The notes beneath the pieces were generated by a model. The model was not told the DNA's origin. It was given only the letters and a program-made list of their open reading frames with translations, and did not search any database. DNA of 55,414 nucleotides, counting the filler, from Basidiobolus ranarum (lineage: Eukaryota): NCBI GenBank assembly GCA_040143965.1. It is 2 parts of 2 records of this genome, joined end to end, with 100 filler letters (N's around TTAATTAATTAA, not from the genome) between each part and the next. Parts side by side here need not be neighbours in the genome. Positions count along the whole stretch, not along the records: positions 1 to 27,757 come from JASJQH010006995.1; 1 more part is not named here. One strand, given 5' to 3'. Position numbers and translations under genes: made by a program. Positions 11,150 to 25,700 of this stretch are shown piece by piece. Position 1 is the first letter of the stretch. Each line of letters begins with the position of its first letter.

Positions 11150-12997
11150 CTACATCACCAAGCAAGTTTTGCCAGAATCACTCTTAATCGATTCGTCCTC
11201 AATTTTACTTAATTGTTCAAGAGCATCCGATGCCAAAGTGCCACCTAGCTTTGAAGTTTCAGTCAGATATTCTCTGGCTAATTCCAAATCTTGGGGAATT
11301 CCGTTCCCTTCAAGATACATCACACCAAGGTTATACTAAAAGTTGGAATAGATGATGAGACATAAGTAAAGAGCGAACATATGCAGGTAAATTATGCAAC
11401 GAAATCTGAATTTGGAAACAATTGACTAATAGTAGAATATATAGTTATACCAAGGCTAACGGAAACTTCTGAGCAGCAGCCATCTTCCAGTACTCTGCGG
11501 CAAGGATAAGGTTTTTTTCTACACCGGTTCCTCCGAAATAATATTGACCTACATTGTACTGGGCCTCAGCGATACCTGTCGGTACAGATTAAGCTCTGCG
11601 GTTCTAAATTTTGGAAGATAAAAGGGAGAAATACCTTTGACGGCAGCCTTCTCGTAGCATTCAAAGGCTTTCTCGAAATCTGGCTGACTGCCAGCTGTTA
11701 GAGAATCCTGACCAATTGAGTAATAATAGCCAAGGTAAAAGTTAGATTGCGCGTTTCCTAATCATAAATTGACAAAGTGCGAAGTTAGTAAATATTACTT
11801 TTGAGGAAAACACTCATAGTACAGTCTGCACTACCTTTCTCGGCAGCCTTTTGAAAATACATTAATGCTTTGGGAATATCTTGTTCTACATACTGCCCTA
11901 ACCTATATATATCCGCTTGAGATAGTGGTGTAAACCCATCGAGAATGTGTCAATGTCTGAATTGTTGAAGTGGAGGTGCTTTTAAATGATTTACCTATCT
12001 TGGCATAAGCAGTGTCTAAGCCATTCTTCCCTGCAAGTTCAAAAAGCTCCAAGGCAGATTTTATATCTTTCTCGGTCTGAACGAGAATTGATGCATAGTT
12101 GTATTGTGCATGAGGGTGTCCTTTGACAGCAAGGCGCTTGAAGATCGCCGTAGCGCTTTGCACATCACGTTGTACACCGGGAAAGCCTAAAATATAATTC
12201 ACCAATTCGCCTCTATTAGAAAAAAACTACTGGAGTTGCTTTTTCGTACCGGATGCATACAAGTTTGTACATACCCTTTAACAGAAGACTAGCATAGGTA
12301 TAAGCAGCAGTATCGTCACCAAGCTCCATGGCCAACTCGAACAACTTTAGCGCGACACTACTGGCATCTTGAGTAACGTGGTCCTTGAGTACTAACTCCC
12401 CAAGATATATAAGACTAAATTGAACCTTTACCTCGTGAATGCTGCAAAATCGCATTTGCTAGATTTGTCAATTCCGCCACGTTGTCACTAGGAAAAACTG
12501 GAGGAAAAATAAATAACCACAATAAATTTCAGGTGAGCATTGGTCGGAATATTTTGAACATACATTTTTGAATTTTCGGTTTTGTCTCTTCTATGGGAAG
12601 GTTTTCCAAAACTACCTTCAAAATCTCCCGTTGTTCTACTATTGGAAGATTTAATTTGTTTTTTTCCTTTAACATTTTGAGAATTTCTGGTGAAGGTATA
12701 ACCTCCTCAACAGTTAAAGGGGCTTTCTCGCTTTCGGTATTTTCTTCGGGAACAGAGGTTTGAACAACAGTCTCCTGTCTAAGATAACTTTTAAATAACG
12801 GATTTGTATTTTAGATATATCATCTCATATGACTAATACTTCTCAAAGGTAGCAAAAATCCCGCCCATAGCTTGTTCATTTTTATTTGAGGTCCATACGC
12901 CGTGACGGAAATGCCTTTGTGATGTTTGACTAACGCGGTTAGATATAGCTGGAATAGGCTTTACTAAGCCTCTGGTGTTATATAAAAGACGGGACAT
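11150..12997 (-). CDS. Sel1-repeat protein with a mitochondrial presequence-like N-terminus and C-terminal CaaX (CLVM); Mss2/DELE1-like architecture
   Basis: ATG at 12997 (MSRLLYNTRGLVKP...). Sel1 repeats include AVKGHPHAQYNYAS, AQYNVGQYYFGGTGVEKN and YNLGVMYLEGNGIPQD. The last exon ends DSGKTCLVM*. Confidence 0.85.
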
Positions 12998-13636
12998 ATG
13001 TAACTTTATCCAAGCTATTTCGTCACGAGTTAGGGTTATGTGAATAAATTTTAAAATGATATCTATCAATGGATATGAAGATTTATTGTTTGAAATCCAC
13101 CCTAAAAATTTATTAAGGGCAGTTTTATATCACGATTGTTCTACTCGTCTTCACTTCGAATCATAGTATCTATTAGCTAAATTATCAATAGAAGTTTAGA
13201 TAGAAATGTCATTAAGTTTTTGGTCTGTCTGTGATAGTATTCCATAGGGTAAAAGGGCGGGAAACCTGTAAATATTGAGATGAATGGAATATTACATGGC
13301 TGAGAAGAGTCATAATAGTGACAGGTAACGTAGAAACGAGTATTAAAAAGAATGGAAGATAAACTGAGTCAAGTTAAGAAGTCGAAGAATTGAAGAGTCA
13401 AGGAAAAATCCACTAAAAAACGAGATAATGGTAAACGTTTTCCCCTCCGTGGTACACACTACCAGAGTTTATCGGGAGGAGGGATCCGTTAGCCGCCACT
13501 CCACGCATTGAAACGTCGAAATAAATTAAAGAAATACGTAGCGAGGAAGATATAGCTAAATGAGCGAGAACTAATGATAAAATCACAGGTAGCAAGTAAC
13601 GCAGAATGTAACAAACGAATAAAGCTACAGCTTCAT

Positions 13637-16600
13637 CTACCGAAGCTCTTTACTAGTATGGGATATTGGAGCTGCTGGTGCGGAGGAACTAGAGAAAGCT
13701 CGGTCCAATGCCAGGCCATTTAAATTAGGTCTTCTTAGTTTTACGTAATTTTCACATCTTCGAAGAAGATCTTTTGAAGAAAGGCTACCGGTCCCCTCGA
13801 TCAAACCTTGCTCTTCCAAGATATCTGCGATAATTGAGGGAATCTGATAACGACAAAATATCAGCCATGAATTATTTACTCAAGGCGATAACAACATCAC
13901 GTACCTGCCACATCTCATCTTGATACTTTAGCAAGGCATATACCGTCTCAATAGATAAAAAAGATTCATCTTTCACAGGATCTTTAGAATTGGTATAGAG
14001 GATGTTTGGAGCTACCACGGTAGCTAAATTTGCCAAGTCCATTTTACTGCCAGCATCTTCGCCGACATGTGAAAACCCAGAAACCCATCTTAAGAAAATG
14101 AACAGGGCTTCCATAGTATCACGATGGGGCTTTGGCATCAGACAGCAAGCTAAGTGAATGGCTTTTCTTCTATCTTGCTCATTAGGTAGTTCTGAGATTT
14201 AAAAGATGTGAATATTGTGCCAATCAACACAACAAACAAGGAATATTTACTTTGGGCTGATACGAACAGCTTTTGCAACTTAAATGTGAGTAGAGGATCT
14301 GGCAATTCACGAAAATATTTCTTCAATAATGCAGCAATTTGGATAGCATTATCTTTAGATAAATCGATATCCAAAGGGGCTCTATCAATGGTCTCAGAAA
14401 GCTCACGAAGCCTTCTAATATTTCCGTTCTTTCTAAAAATACCTTCGACAGTCATATCTAGAGAAGATGAAAGACATTTAGTGAAAGGCAAATTCAAAAG
14501 AATACAGTAAAGAACACAATTACCCATTTCACTCAATGCCCTAATACTCTTTTCGATAAAAGCTGGAATTCGAATACGGCCAGGGACCACACCAAGGTCA
14601 GAATCGACACCATGCTTCTCAATAAGTTGCTCAAGACTGACCCCAAATGTACCATCCACTGAATAAACAATAAGTATTATAATAATGCTCTTAACAAATG
14701 AAATATATCAATCTTAATTACCTTTGACCTTTCCTTGCTTCTTGTTTTGCTTCAACCCTGTCTTAAACCGATCCCATATAGTAACTTTTCTTGTATCAAC
14801 TAAACAGAGTAAATCTTCAAAGCTAATGTACTTTTCCAAGAGGGGTGCTAAATTAACTACAGCTAAATATTTCACAATAAATGCTTCCAGTTCGGAAAGC
14901 TCGGAGAGATATCGCTTTTGACCACCAATAGACAGTGGTTGAGAAGGTGTAAAAGGCCTATTGTGACCTTCAGACAACGGTCGTTCAATTTCAGCGTCAG
15001 ATTTGACATACTTTTGGGTTAATGTGGGGTATTCACCAGCGTTAATTTGTTCAACTTTAGGTGACTTGACCACCTTTATCTCATTATCCTTATCTATGAA
15101 AAGGTTAACAGGAGAATGGATAGAACTGGTGTGCTGATGATGCTCTACTACAGTCTGTCTTCTGGCATGGGTCATAGATTCAGTTAATTTACGATCAACT
15201 CTACGACTAGGAATTTGTTTGATAGCCTCATCATCATTATGTACAGGGCTAGATGGCTCGTCTTGATCATCAGATGTATCTGATAAATTGTTTTTTCTAT
15301 CAGAAATAGCAGAAGATGCCGCTAGAGTGTTTTCTAAACTTAAAGTCAATCACTATTCAAGAGAAGTGACATAGATAGATAAGTCATACCGTCAACATTC
15401 AGTAGAGTGTAAAGTCGCTTGAGAGCGACGCGAAGTAGAAAAGCGTATTGCTCCAATTGAGTGACATAACGAAACCCATGGCCACGCGCACTTTTTTTAG
15501 AACAATTTGGGCAATATATCAATGAATGCTTCTCATCGAAAGTTGCCTCCTGATATCGCTCTTGTAGTGAAACAGAGCATCGAGTACACTTAAAACATTC
15601 AGTGTGCCAACGGTACGCCTCATATTGAATACATTGACCCTCTATAGTGGTTCGGCATCCAAAGCAAAGATCGGACGTAATCTCACTAACTCGGATATAC
15701 GGTCTTCTTGTAGCGGTGTCATTCTCACCGAATTCAACTAGTTTATTTAAAAAGGCGTATATAGCAGTTGCACTACCATACCGGTTTTCCTATATTGATT
15801 ACTTTGTTAGTTATCGTTAAATCATGAGTCTACTAAATATAGGCCACATACCAGCTTCAGCGCAGCGGTTAATGCAATTCTGATAAGAACTTTAAGGTAA
15901 TGTGCTAATCCAGCAACCAGCGTTAACAGTTCCTGTGTAATCCCCATTCTTCGCACACCTGATTCTTGGGTATGTGAAAGTAATGAAAAAAAACTGACAA
16001 TCTTTTTGCAAAGTAGTTTAGGTTCCTTTGAGTGCTCCATCTCTATAATAATATTCATGATTAGCATGATCGATCTACGAAGATATAAAATTTACTTTAG
16101 TAAACCTGTGCGATCATCGTAGCGAGCAAGTTGCTCCTCCAAATCATCAACAGCTGAGAATAAAATCTCGACGTGATTGATAAAATTCTCTGCCATTTTA
16201 ACACCTTCCAAGTATTCGCCATTAGATACATGCAACAACATGTCGGAAATACAAGCGGCAGAGGATTCTTCGAAAGCTGATAGGATGGTCCATATTTGAT
16301 ATACTTTGTCCTCCATTCGTCGTTGGTCATATTTAAGTTGTTCTGTAGCATGGGATTTAGAGTCAACTAGTACGAAAATGAGTGCTTGTGTCAGTTGTGT
16401 CTTGAAAAACAACACATCACTGGTACTATATAATACTCACCGATCTCGTCGTGCTCATCCACGCTAATATCTATACTCATGGCAAGTTTCACATTCCAGA
16501 ACTAATCGAAAGATCATATTAGAAATGCGAATATGACACGATTAAGTACAATTTACCTTGTGAATCATATAGCACTCAGGATGCCAATGTTCATTGATCC

Positions 16601-17368
16601 CATTCCGGTTTAATTCGACAAATTGTTTTAAAATGGCAGTTTGGCATCCACAACAACGTACGGCGAATAGAACAGAATAATGATAGTGGCAGTATACTTT
16701 CCCTTCATTTTCATAATACGAGTCTTGAGGACCGAAGACAGTTGGACACACAGAGCAAGTGAAATGCTCTACATGATAACGTTTGTCTAATGCTGTGATG
16801 TACGAACCATATAATATTCCCTCGCATGCTTTACATATTAGATTTAACCTGCGGTAATAATCCTTTTCACATATAGGGTATTGCCTCCCATCTTCTCCTA
16901 CAACTGGAAAGAATTTAGCTGCTACACTTTGATCGCAATCCTAGCATAAGGAGTAAGTGATGTGTTTAATCGGTTATTCAGTAAATTCGTGTATCCAGCG
17001 AAGAATTAAGTATTAGTTGAATGACCCTTATCTATAGTATAGAAGACGAGGGAAGCTATTCATATTGCAAGCTCCAAGAAAACAAGTAAAACACAAAATA
17101 AATTGATTGATATGTTTCTTACCAAACAGCGAAAACACGATAGATGATAAGTTCCGTTTAAAGCACGTACAAATTGCCCTGTCATTAGCACCTCACATTT
17201 GGAACAAGTTTGGCTAATTCCATTACCAGCCTCTACTTTCTTGACCAATTCTTGCTGAATTACACTATTCTGTGAATCGCTGAGGGGGAGATGTAGAGAG
17301 TTATTCTCAAGTTCAGTGATAGACCCATCAGTTGGATTGCTGGTAGAGTTACTCTCAGGAATGTCCAT
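13637..17368 (-). CDS. LRG1: LIM-domain Rho GTPase-activating protein (Lrg1/Rga1-like)
   Basis: LIM motifs CSKCEVLMTGQFVRALNGTYHLSCFRC and CHYHYSVLFAVRCCGC...HWHPECY; RhoGAP motifs MTVEGIFRKNGNIRRL, AALLKKYFRELPDPLLTF and KMDLANLATVVAPNIL. Confidence 0.92.
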
Positions 17369-18597
17369 GTGTGTAATATAGAATGGACCTGCTCAAACTA
17401 GAGGCTTGCCACACAAAGGAAAGGTACTTTTGTTGACGCTTTACGAATCTCTGTAAGGATAACTGAAACAAATAGTATTGAAAAACACGAAATTCAGGAG
17501 AACAACAACGATTCTAGTTTGCAGAATGAGCAGCCATTAGATCTATTTCATTTGTCTAGGTATATGCTGTTAAATCTCACCACTACTTGATTGGCCCCCA
17601 CCTCCATTTTGAATTCTATCCCCGGTGACCGCATCTTGGTCCAAGTATCACTTTGAGTTTATAAGAAATATACTATTTTGAAATTCAACCTAAAATGGAA
17701 TTGCCGCCATTATTAACTGCATTGGTGAGAATGCTGATCATAAAAAAGCCGAGTAGAGGGATGTCTTGGAATTATTATGAATATATTCGTACCACATCAG
17801 ATAGAATGAAATATATTGCATCTCATGCTCTTGAGCATCTTGCGCCATGTGAGACTGGCTAAAAATAGAGTGTATATATATACCCTATGGTTTGAATGGA
17901 TCTTCACCTTGTAGCATGGATGAGACTGAGACGCGAAAATACTTGTAACCAACCACGCAGTCCCTCTTTGTGCAAGTAGCCACATAGCTTCCACCAGACA
18001 TGAAAGCGTCCATACCATGCGCCTTCTATTTCACAGCTAATGTAAGAATCCTTGAAGAAGACCCATGCAACGCGTTCTAGCTTACCCACGCGGTCAAGCT
18101 GCACAGCTGTGTGATATCTAGAGTCAAATGATGCCTAGATTGAAGACGGTATTGGGTGACGTTACTGAACAAATCTGTGGCCAATTTATTGCTGGCCTGT
18201 TTCAGATCCCTATTTTATATATTAGAACAAATTATGGCTCTTTTTGAATCCCAATTATTGGTGCATGGTATCGCGCTACTATCCTTATGGTGACTTCGAG
18301 TGGCCGGATGACTGAGCATTGTACACACCCTGATGATCTGCCTCAAGCAGGCATTCCAGTATTTCCTAGTGTTGTTGTTTGAGAAACTGGTCACGTGATA
18401 AGTGTATGCGCAGCCTGTTGAGGTTTTGGGATTATAAAAACTCGGAGTAATGGATAAAATGGCCTACCTCCACCTAGATCGTAATAGCTCACCCTACTGG
18501 ATAGCTTAAATTAGCGGAGATGTCAGCATGTTGCTATCTCGAGTAACAATCTTGCAGCTGTGGTTTATCAACTTCTCATTTATATTCCAGAAATACC

Positions 18598-19060
18598 TCA
18601 AGCCTTGATAGTAAATCTAGCACTCTGCTTCACTTGTTCTGTGTGGTACTTGAAACTCGCACCCTTCGTGTCGTTCGTTAAAAATTGAATTGCTGGACCA
18701 TCTTTATCGAAAGTATATTCCCATATCCCGACCACTTTTCCATAATTAAAATCAATATAACTTTTGATGCTGCATTTTAGGCTCGTTATCAAGTCGACCC
18801 TCTGGTTCTTCTCAGCTTCTTTTTTGAGCAGCTCCATCAGCCTCATAAGAAGCCTTTGACACTTTTTACAATATCTCTACAGCGATTGTATCAATGTGAC
18901 TGCTTTTGATGCTTCTATCATTAACAGCCCGTATTCCCTCTGTAGATAATGATATTGCTCGTGCTTGTGGTCTCAAGAATTTCCAATGGTAAGACACAGC
19001 GGAGGCTTCTCCTGGAGTTCAGGGAATTTCTTTTGACATAGATTCTGACGACGTAGCCAT
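18598..19060 (-). pseudogene. Decayed GNAT-family N-acetyltransferase-like sequence
   Basis: One frame gives ...SHIDTIAV, then a frameshift to RYCKKCQRLLMRLMELLKKEAEKNQRVDLITS...SIKSYIDFNYGKVVGIWEYTFDKDGPAIQFL, resembling GNAT beta4/motif A/motif B. There is an in-frame TGA soon after the ATG at 19060. Confidence 0.35.
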
Positions 19061-19760
19061 CGTTGTTTGGTAAAACTGGCTTTATCAATGAAAGGGACAT
19101 TGGAAAGTAAAACGTGTCAAGGACATCGTTGATGTACCATTGGTGAATTTATGCTTGATTGCGTGACTGCTATTTCTCCGAACTTGGTATTTCCACTTAA
19201 TTTTTACTCAACCGTAGAACTGATGGCATTGTAAGAGTAGCCCTAATCCAGTTTTTTCATCCTTGCTGATGATAGCCGATTCTTTGATATAGTTGAGGTT
19301 AAGCCTGCTATTGAATTCAAAGAGATTTTCCTTTCCCATATGATCTCAAACTATCGTAACGTTCTGAATATTATCTCACAGGAAGGCTAAATAGGTGATT
19401 GAAAAGAAGCTCTGTGCAAACCTATATTTAGATGGTTAAGATTTCACTTGGGATTTTTCCTCTAGCGAGTTGACTCAGTAAATCCACCTAACTACAATTG
19501 GTAACAAAGATTGTTTTATGCGTTGATTTCAGTCATCATCTTAATTCTATGTTCCTGCGCTAAAAAAGGTACTTAGTTGTCTGATTAATCTATCGAGATT
19601 ACAAATCTGATGTTAAATTCGTTATTTTATGATGATCTGAAATTCATACGCTTTCGTCATCCGTCTATCATTTCCAAGCAACATAAATTTTTTCTTAAGA
19701 AATTGTCAATTTAGAGTTCAATCATTAAATAGTGCTAGATACGATAGTTTGTATCTGTAA

Positions 19761-22700
19761 ATGACTTCCCTCAAGGCCAACCTGAAATTGGCCAAAGAGG
19801 CTATAACGAAGAAGGATTTTGAAAATGCTCTTTTATATTCCGAGAGAGCGCTGGAATGGGATAAAGAGAACTATAACGCGTAAGTATTCGTTGAATGACC
19901 GACTACAGAGTGTGTTCGCTAACTCCTCAACTTGACCAATGTAGTATCATCTTTATTGGTCTAGCAAATCAAAATTTAGAAAAGTACAACGAAAGCGAGA
20001 CAGCGTATAAAAGCGCTATCGAATTGAATCGATCGCAACTACTTGGTTGGCAGGTAACAGAGCTACAGCTAAATAATGGCATTTATTTTACTTGTCCATG
20101 GTTGTGACCTTTATATATTTCCCTAAAGGGTCTATCAAGCTTATACGAGAAAATTGAGAATTGGGAGGCACTTATTCCTGTGTTAGAAGAAATACGATCT
20201 CTTTGTTTGGAAAGGTTTGCCGTACTATTAGTAATCTCTTTTACATAATTATCTAAAACTAATTCTTTGTTAGCAACGTTACCAAATCTTTAGAACTCAC
20301 TAGAAGAATCATTGATTTGTGCAAAAAAGTTGGTAAGAATACTGAGGTATGTTGTATTGAGATACGAGTGTATACTTGTCTTTACCTAAAGTAACCTTGT
20401 ATTATTATTGCAACATAGGCGGCAAATGTTTGGGGTTCCTTTGTTCCAGGAAATCCTTACTATGAACATTTCAAAGACTTGGAAGATGTACCCACACCAA
20501 CACAAGCTCTATTCGAGATAGTTAAAATTCAGGAGGATGAAGATAATAACACAATCAAGCGTGAAATCGAGATTCGTAGAAGGAGACTAGGCGCGGATAG
20601 CTTTGCATATATTAAAGAGAAAGTTCACAATGAAGTGCTTTCACAATCGCAGGTTATTACTAAGTTAAAGTTGCCACGTCCGTATTCCCTCTACCCTGAC
20701 TTTTTGGTACATAGCTAGAGAAATCGTATGAGCAACTTTTACATCAGCCGGATGTTTCTGCAAACGAAATCGCAGATATTCGTATCAAGTATATAAAGCA
20801 CTTGCATATGAAGCTAATTCATCTCTCAGAGGATAAGAGTGCGGTAACTAGCAGCCTTCTAATACTCCACTGTTCTAATTCATTTGCGTCTAACCGTTTG
20901 ATGGTTCTATAGTTGCGCGAACGACTCTATCAACAGGCCCGTCTTTTGATTAGCCAAGGAACTGATTACGAATTGCCTTACGAAATTTTGATTGAAGCTT
21001 CTGATGTCGACAGTCCTGGTAATTATTCATCTTCTCTTATGCACAAGACACTACTAATACCAATTAACCGATTTCTATCTACACAATAGACGACTACGAC
21101 ACCGATTTCTTGACCAGTTATGTTGAAAAATTCCAGGATTCTGGATTAGCTAGTCTAGTGCAAGGACATCTAAAGTGGAAAATTGAAGGAGATTTGAAAG
21201 ATGCTTTATATTACTATAGTGTAAATTTGGTTAATTCTGATAAAAATATCCGTAATAGCCCTAACCTATCTGCTGAATATGAAATATAGATCGGCTTTGA
21301 AGCTCAACCACAAAGCGTTTTTGGTCATCATTCTCTTTGTTGGTTTCAGTACACCACCAAAGAATTCGACTCAGCTTTGGATTACGCCATTCAAGGAAAA
21401 AAACTTGTAAACGACTTCAAAACGAAAACTAGTACATCTCTTACCAGGTATGTACATTTGCATCTTCGAGTCTGTGCCATTTGGTTAACCTTTAAAAATT
21501 TAGAATTTTAACTTCTCTTGAGCTTTGTGAGGCTCGCTGCTACCTCAATATGGGTTTGAAGCATGTTCCCGCAGCTTACAGTATTTTGTCAAGGATTTTG
21601 GAAACCAATCCTACCAATTTTATCGCTCTGGAGGTATGGTTATTGTACGTTATTGCTTTCGGTTTCCTCTAATTGACTCCACGATTTTGTAGGGAATGAG
21701 CATTGCTCTTTGTATGCAGAAGAAGTACGAAAAAGCTCTACAATTATTGCAGCAAGTTATCGCCTCCAACCCGGACAATCATTTTGCACTTTCCGAAATG
21801 GGATGGATTTATTTCAATATGAAAGAGTATGCCCAAGCTATCGAGGATTTGCAAAAGGCAATCTCTATAGCCCCCAACGTGGCTGCATATCACTATAGAT
21901 TGGCTGTCGTCTATTGGCATATGGGTGGTAATGCACACACGCTACATACATTTGTTGAGATCACACGATAATTTAATGACTTTATTGCAATAGATGAATA
22001 CCGAACAGATAGAAAGTATTGCTATACAAGCTTGATTCAAGCTGCAAAGATCAGCCCCGATTTCGCCCAAGTATTCGTCTATCTAGGCCATTATTATCGC
22101 TTGGTTGAGCTGGACGATATGCGAGCAAAAAAATGTTACCAGAAGGCTTTTGCCATTGACAGTACGGAAGCCGATGCTGCTTTACATTTAAGTAACTACT
22201 ATATTAGTAGTAACGAAAAAGATATGGCAGAGAATGTATTTCGGGTTCTTGCAGAGGCCAATACTAGGTCCGGTTGGGCGTGGAAAAAACTTGGCTTTGT
22301 TGAATTGGTAAATAGAAATTTTTCGTACTCTCAATATTGGCTTACTAACATTTTACTTTCAAAGTCAAAAGAAAAATACATTGAGGCCATTAGTTGCTTT
22401 CAAATTGCTTTACGTACAGATGTCAAGAATTACGATTGTTGGGAAGGGTTGGCCGAGTCTTACGTACTAGAAGGACGATATATGGCTGGTTTGAAAGCTT
22501 TTAAGCGCGCTAGTGAATTGGAGCCTACTGCCGTTTATCCATATCTCCAAATGGCATTTATCAAACAAAAGATCGGAGTCTACGGTGAGGCTATCGAGCA
22601 ATACCAACAAACTCTTACCGAGATTCTACAATCTGGGGACGATGTGAAGAGGCAGCATTTTGAATTGCCCTTCTTGAAAGGATTGGCTGAGTGCTATTTG

Positions 22701-25700
22701 GCTCACGCTAAAGAGCATTTTCAAAATGGACTGTACGGACGAGTTGCTGAATCTTGTCATAACGGTCTGTTACGTGCAAAAGATGCTCTTCAGCTGATGC
22801 CTCATTCTGTGTCACTTTGGAAGATTATTGGCGACTTGTGTCTCCTATTGAAGAGTGTCCCCACATACCTTTATCTTTGCCCAGTTAGTACCTTCCTAGA
22901 GATAAGTAAGGCTGGTATCGTTTCTCCTGAAAACTGCCCCCATTTAATTCAAGAGGTTTACGAAGATATTCAACATCAATTGGATACTTTCTATGGGCAT
23001 GAGGAATTTACGATTCAAGAGCATCTAAGAGTTATCTTGATCTGTGCCAATGTTGCATACAGAGCGACCATCATATATCAGGGCTTTGCACACGCAAGCT
23101 CATGGTATGATCTTGGTTTAGTTTATTATTTCATTTCGCAGAACTTCCGTCACAATAACTTGCTTACGGAAGCTGATACTTCTCTCGGAATTTCTATTAA
23201 CTGCTTAAAAACATCCCTGCGGATCGAGCCTTCTCACCATCAGTCATGGAATGCGATGGGTATTTGTACACTTGAATTGAATCCAAAAATCAGTCAACAC
23301 TCTTTCATTAAAGCTATGGAGTATGACTCTAAGGTAATGTTAGGCCTAGCTTCAATCATACGATTTTCAACCTAACTCTTTCGATGAATGTAGAGCGCTC
23401 TACCTTGGTCTAATTTAGGTTACTTATATCTGTTACAATCTGACTTGGAACTCGCCAGTCAAGCTTTCTCCACTGCACAATCTCTTGATCCAGAGTGGAT
23501 AAATGCTTGGCTTGGTCAGGCTTTTATTGCAGAAATCCATGACCAAGAAAACTTCAATTTATTCCAACATACCTTTGATATTAGCTTGGCTTCTGCCGTA
23601 AGTTGGAGTTGTCTTTTCTAGGATATTTGAATTGGCGAGTACTAACCACCCAATTCTGTAGTTGGAGGCGAATTATTGCTTTGCTTCTGCAGTATTTAAA
23701 AAAATTGTAGATAATACTCTTCAGAGTAGATCTGTTCTCGATAATGCAGCCTTTGCTCTCCAGAAATATACCGAACAATGTGATACTGACCCTTCTGCCT
23801 ATAATCTCCTAGGCCTCTATCTGGAAAGACAACAAAGATATGAACAGGCTGCGTTAGCTTTTGATAGTGCCTATCAAATCTTGAAAACTGTTCACGATTC
23901 GAAGCCCACTCCAGATGATATGCCTTTGCTAAATAACCAGATCGCTATTACTCTGACCAACAAAGCGAGAGTGCTATGTCCTTTGGGGCTATTTGAGGAA
24001 TCTACTCTTTGCTTCCTCACTGCTCAGACTATTGATCACTCTAACAAAAATAGAACTGTCTACAATTATATTGGTTTGGGCATCTCCCATTACTTCAATG
24101 GCCAACTGGAAGAAAGTTTGAAATCTTTTGAGGTTGCATTAGTCGAAGCTCAAGAGGAACCTGAACTAGCACAAGACGTTACTCTATTCCTAAGCCATGT
24201 TTTGTGGGCTCTTGGTACTGAGCAACATCAATCTCTTGCTAAAGATTTACTTTTCAAATGGTAAGATATAGTCGAATATTTCTTCTTATCTGTAAAAGTA
24301 TACTCAATCATATTCAACTCTATTATAGCCACGAAGACCATCCTCAATTCTTGCCTGTGTTGTATTCTTTATGTGCTATGGGACTTGTGCAAGGAGATCA
24401 CCAATTATCTGAGGCAGCCCTCAATGAGATGGTGAAAGCTGATATCGAAACTAATGGTATTTTATCACGTTTATTCACTCCTGTATACCTCAGTTCTAAC
24501 CACTGCCAATTTTTTTATGATTCAGATAAACAAGATGCATTGTGTAATATTGAGTTTCTATTTAGTCGAGCCTCCTTTTTGCAGGTATATATTAGAGATC
24601 ATTGAGTGGCTGAATAACGTTCCTAATGTATCTATGGATTTTTCTTTTAGGGTGATTTATCTAAAGCACGTCAATTTCTGGCTAAATCTATTCATCAATA
24701 CCCATATCGCTCTGAGCTCTGGTCACGTCTTTCTGCTAACCTGATGTATGTAGACCCTACTCAATCCGCCGCTGCTCAAGCTTCCTCAAGGTCTGCCATA
24801 GCAATTGAGGATGTCTATGCTAACCTGCCTACTGAGGCAATGGCATCATGCCATGAACTTTATTCGTTGGCCACTTTGAGCAGTGGCTCTATGTCTATCA
24901 ATAGCACCAAAAAGGCGTGTGTTGCAGCTCAAAAAGCTGTTATGCTAGCGCCGTGGGCTCTAAAAAGTTGGAGCACTCTCGAAGCTTCGATGCTTTCCTT
25001 AATGATTCACCGATCTGAAGACCAATCTAATTTGGAGATGTCAGAGAATGATTTCTTAATCTTAGAAGAGATACTCGTCTTCTTGAGGCAGACATACAGT
25101 GCCTCATCACGTACTCCATTACAACAGATCCTCCCTACTGAGGATATTTTCCAATCTTGGGTAGAATTACTGCGAGCTTACTTGTATTTGTTCAGAGCTC
25201 GTGTATTTGCATCAGATGACCCAGACCTCAAGACTCAGTACTTAGCCATCGCCTACCAAATCCCTGAAGGGCTCTTGGAATACTTGGCTACTGTCGGAGA
25301 TGGAGCTGCCACTAATTCCATGCGAGTATTAGTATATCAACAGTTAGGTCGTTGTCTTATTGAGAACAATGATTTACCAAATGCAATCACTGCCTTCAAG
25401 AATTGCCTTCAAATTGATCCAAGCTCGGTTGACTCAGTTAAGGTAAGATAGTTATAGAGACAAATGAAGAATCCAAATAGAATGATTAAGACCTCCTCTC
25501 CTACCCTTTCCCCCTACACACAAACTAACTCATTCAATTCACCCGTTTAATTAGGAATTGGCGAATATATTTGCCACACGCTCCAATACTGAAGCAATTC
25601 AGTTATGCTATCGGTACATTTTGGACCATAGTTCGGAAGATTCGAACCCCGACACACATATCACGAACTATGTAAGATTAGGGCATTACGCTCTTGAACA

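Noticed and set aside
22308..22364. Stop-less, 3n-length introns (also 14458-14523, 26576-26635 and 48125-48193) that let ORFs read through
   Set aside because: A handful among many short introns is about what chance would give; no evidence of regulated retention.
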